Shown: positions 63,386 to 64,000 of the stretch, piece by piece
How positions within the stretch are numbered: position 1 is the stretch's first letter
How the letters are laid out: each line of letters opens with the position of its first letter
Origin: Deltaproteobacteria bacterium
GTDB lineage: Bacteria > Myxococcota > JACRCW01
Direction of reading: 5' to 3'
Assembly (NCBI GenBank): GCA_016218805.1
Contig: JACRCW010000017.1
Span: 53 to 64,052 of the forward strand
Length of the DNA: 64,000 bases
Notes under the pieces: generated by a model
The model's input: the letters and a program-made list of their open reading frames with translations, nothing else
Database searches by the model: none
Told to the model about the DNA's origin: nothing
Position numbers and translations under genes: made by a program

Positions 63386-64000
63386 ATGGCAACGGTGCTT
63401 GTGATTGCAGAGCAGGCGGGCGGGAAGGTCAAGAAGGCGTCCCTGGCGGCCATCACCGCGGGGCAGCAGCTCGCCAAGGGCGGCGCGATGCACATCGGCG
63501 TGCTGGGTGAGAACCCGGCGGACGCCGCGGCGTCGCTGCTGGGGTACGGCGCGGCCAAGGTGCACGCGGCGGCGCATGCCGGCCTGGCGCACTATCTGGC
63601 CGAGCCGTTCGCCAAGGTGGTGGCTGACCTGGCCAAGGCCAACGGCGCCACGCACGTGGTGCTGCCCGCCACGGCGCAGGGCAAGGACGTGGCGCCGCGC
63701 ATTGCGGCGCGGCTGGGCGCGGGCATGGCGTCGGACATCTCGGCGGTGGTGGATGACAAGACGTTCAAGCGGCCCATGTGGGCGGGCAACGTCGTGGGCG
63801 CGGTGGAGATCACCACGGCGGTGAAGGTGGTGACGGTGCGCGTGAGCGAGTTCGCGGCCGCCGCGGCCGGCGCCGCGGCGGGCGAGGTGGCGAAGTTTGC
63901 CGCGGACCCGGGGACGCCCAAGGCAAAGTTCATCAAGTTTGAGGAAGTGAAGAGCGCGCGGCCGGAGCTGACGGAGGCGTCCATCATTGTGTCTGGTGGC
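63386..64000 (+). CDS. etfA: Electron transfer flavoprotein alpha subunit (3'-truncated by the window end)
   Basis: The N-terminus MATVLVIAEQAGGKVKKASLAAITAG matches the EtfA N-terminal domain. The ORF runs to the window edge. Confidence 0.85.
   Translation, partial: MATVLVIAEQAGGKVKKASLAAITAGQQLAKGGAMHIGVLGENPADAAASLLGYGAAKVHAAAHAGLAHYLAEPFAKVVADLAKANGATHVVLPATAQGKDVAPRIAARLGAGMASDISAVVDDKTFKRPMWAGNVVGAVEITTAVKVVTVRVSEFAAAAAGAAAGEVAKFAADPGTPKAKFIKFEEVKSARPELTEASIIVSGG

Overview
This is a high-GC (about 70%) chromosomal window that is almost certainly from a myxobacterium. Two secreted proteins end in MYXO-CTERM-type sorting tails, and there are many lipoproteins plus Ser/Thr-kinase and sigma-54 (NtrC-like) signalling genes. 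The first 8.7 kb looks like an integrated mobile island (possibly a phage-satellite / PICI-like element). It ends in a tyrosine integrase reading into a partial tRNA 3' fragment, which marks a candidate att site. It carries a serine recombinase and a ribbon-helix-helix (RHH) protein, a P4-type primase/helicase and an AlpA-like excisionase-type helix-turn-helix (HTH) protein, two tandem HTH paralogs that resemble terminase small subunits, a Panacea-domain antitoxin with a ParE/RelE-like toxin candidate, and a glycine-zipper membrane protein. The rest of the window is core chromosome. It includes rtcB, the cell-envelope and metabolic genes amiC, apt, pgi, lpxD and dapF, the DNA replication/repair and tRNA-modification genes dnaE, recN, tsaB, sspB and xerD, and etfBA. 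It also holds a POT-type peptide transporter, a sensor histidine kinase (HK) - NtrC - enolase-superfamily enzyme - CheY-like response regulator operon, a JAMM/MPN protease - membrane protein - PP-loop ATPase cluster, and several very large secreted proteins (a 1782-aa beta-propeller lipoprotein, an RCC1 lipoprotein, and a 938-aa MYXO-CTERM protein). Three non-coding signals stand out: two tandem arrays of about 21-22-bp repeats, and a roughly 120-bp element with a perfect 21-bp palindrome that occurs three times. All calls rest on reading the sequence and motifs by eye; no homology search was run. Many long ORFs in the six-frame track are antisense artefacts of high GC and were discarded.
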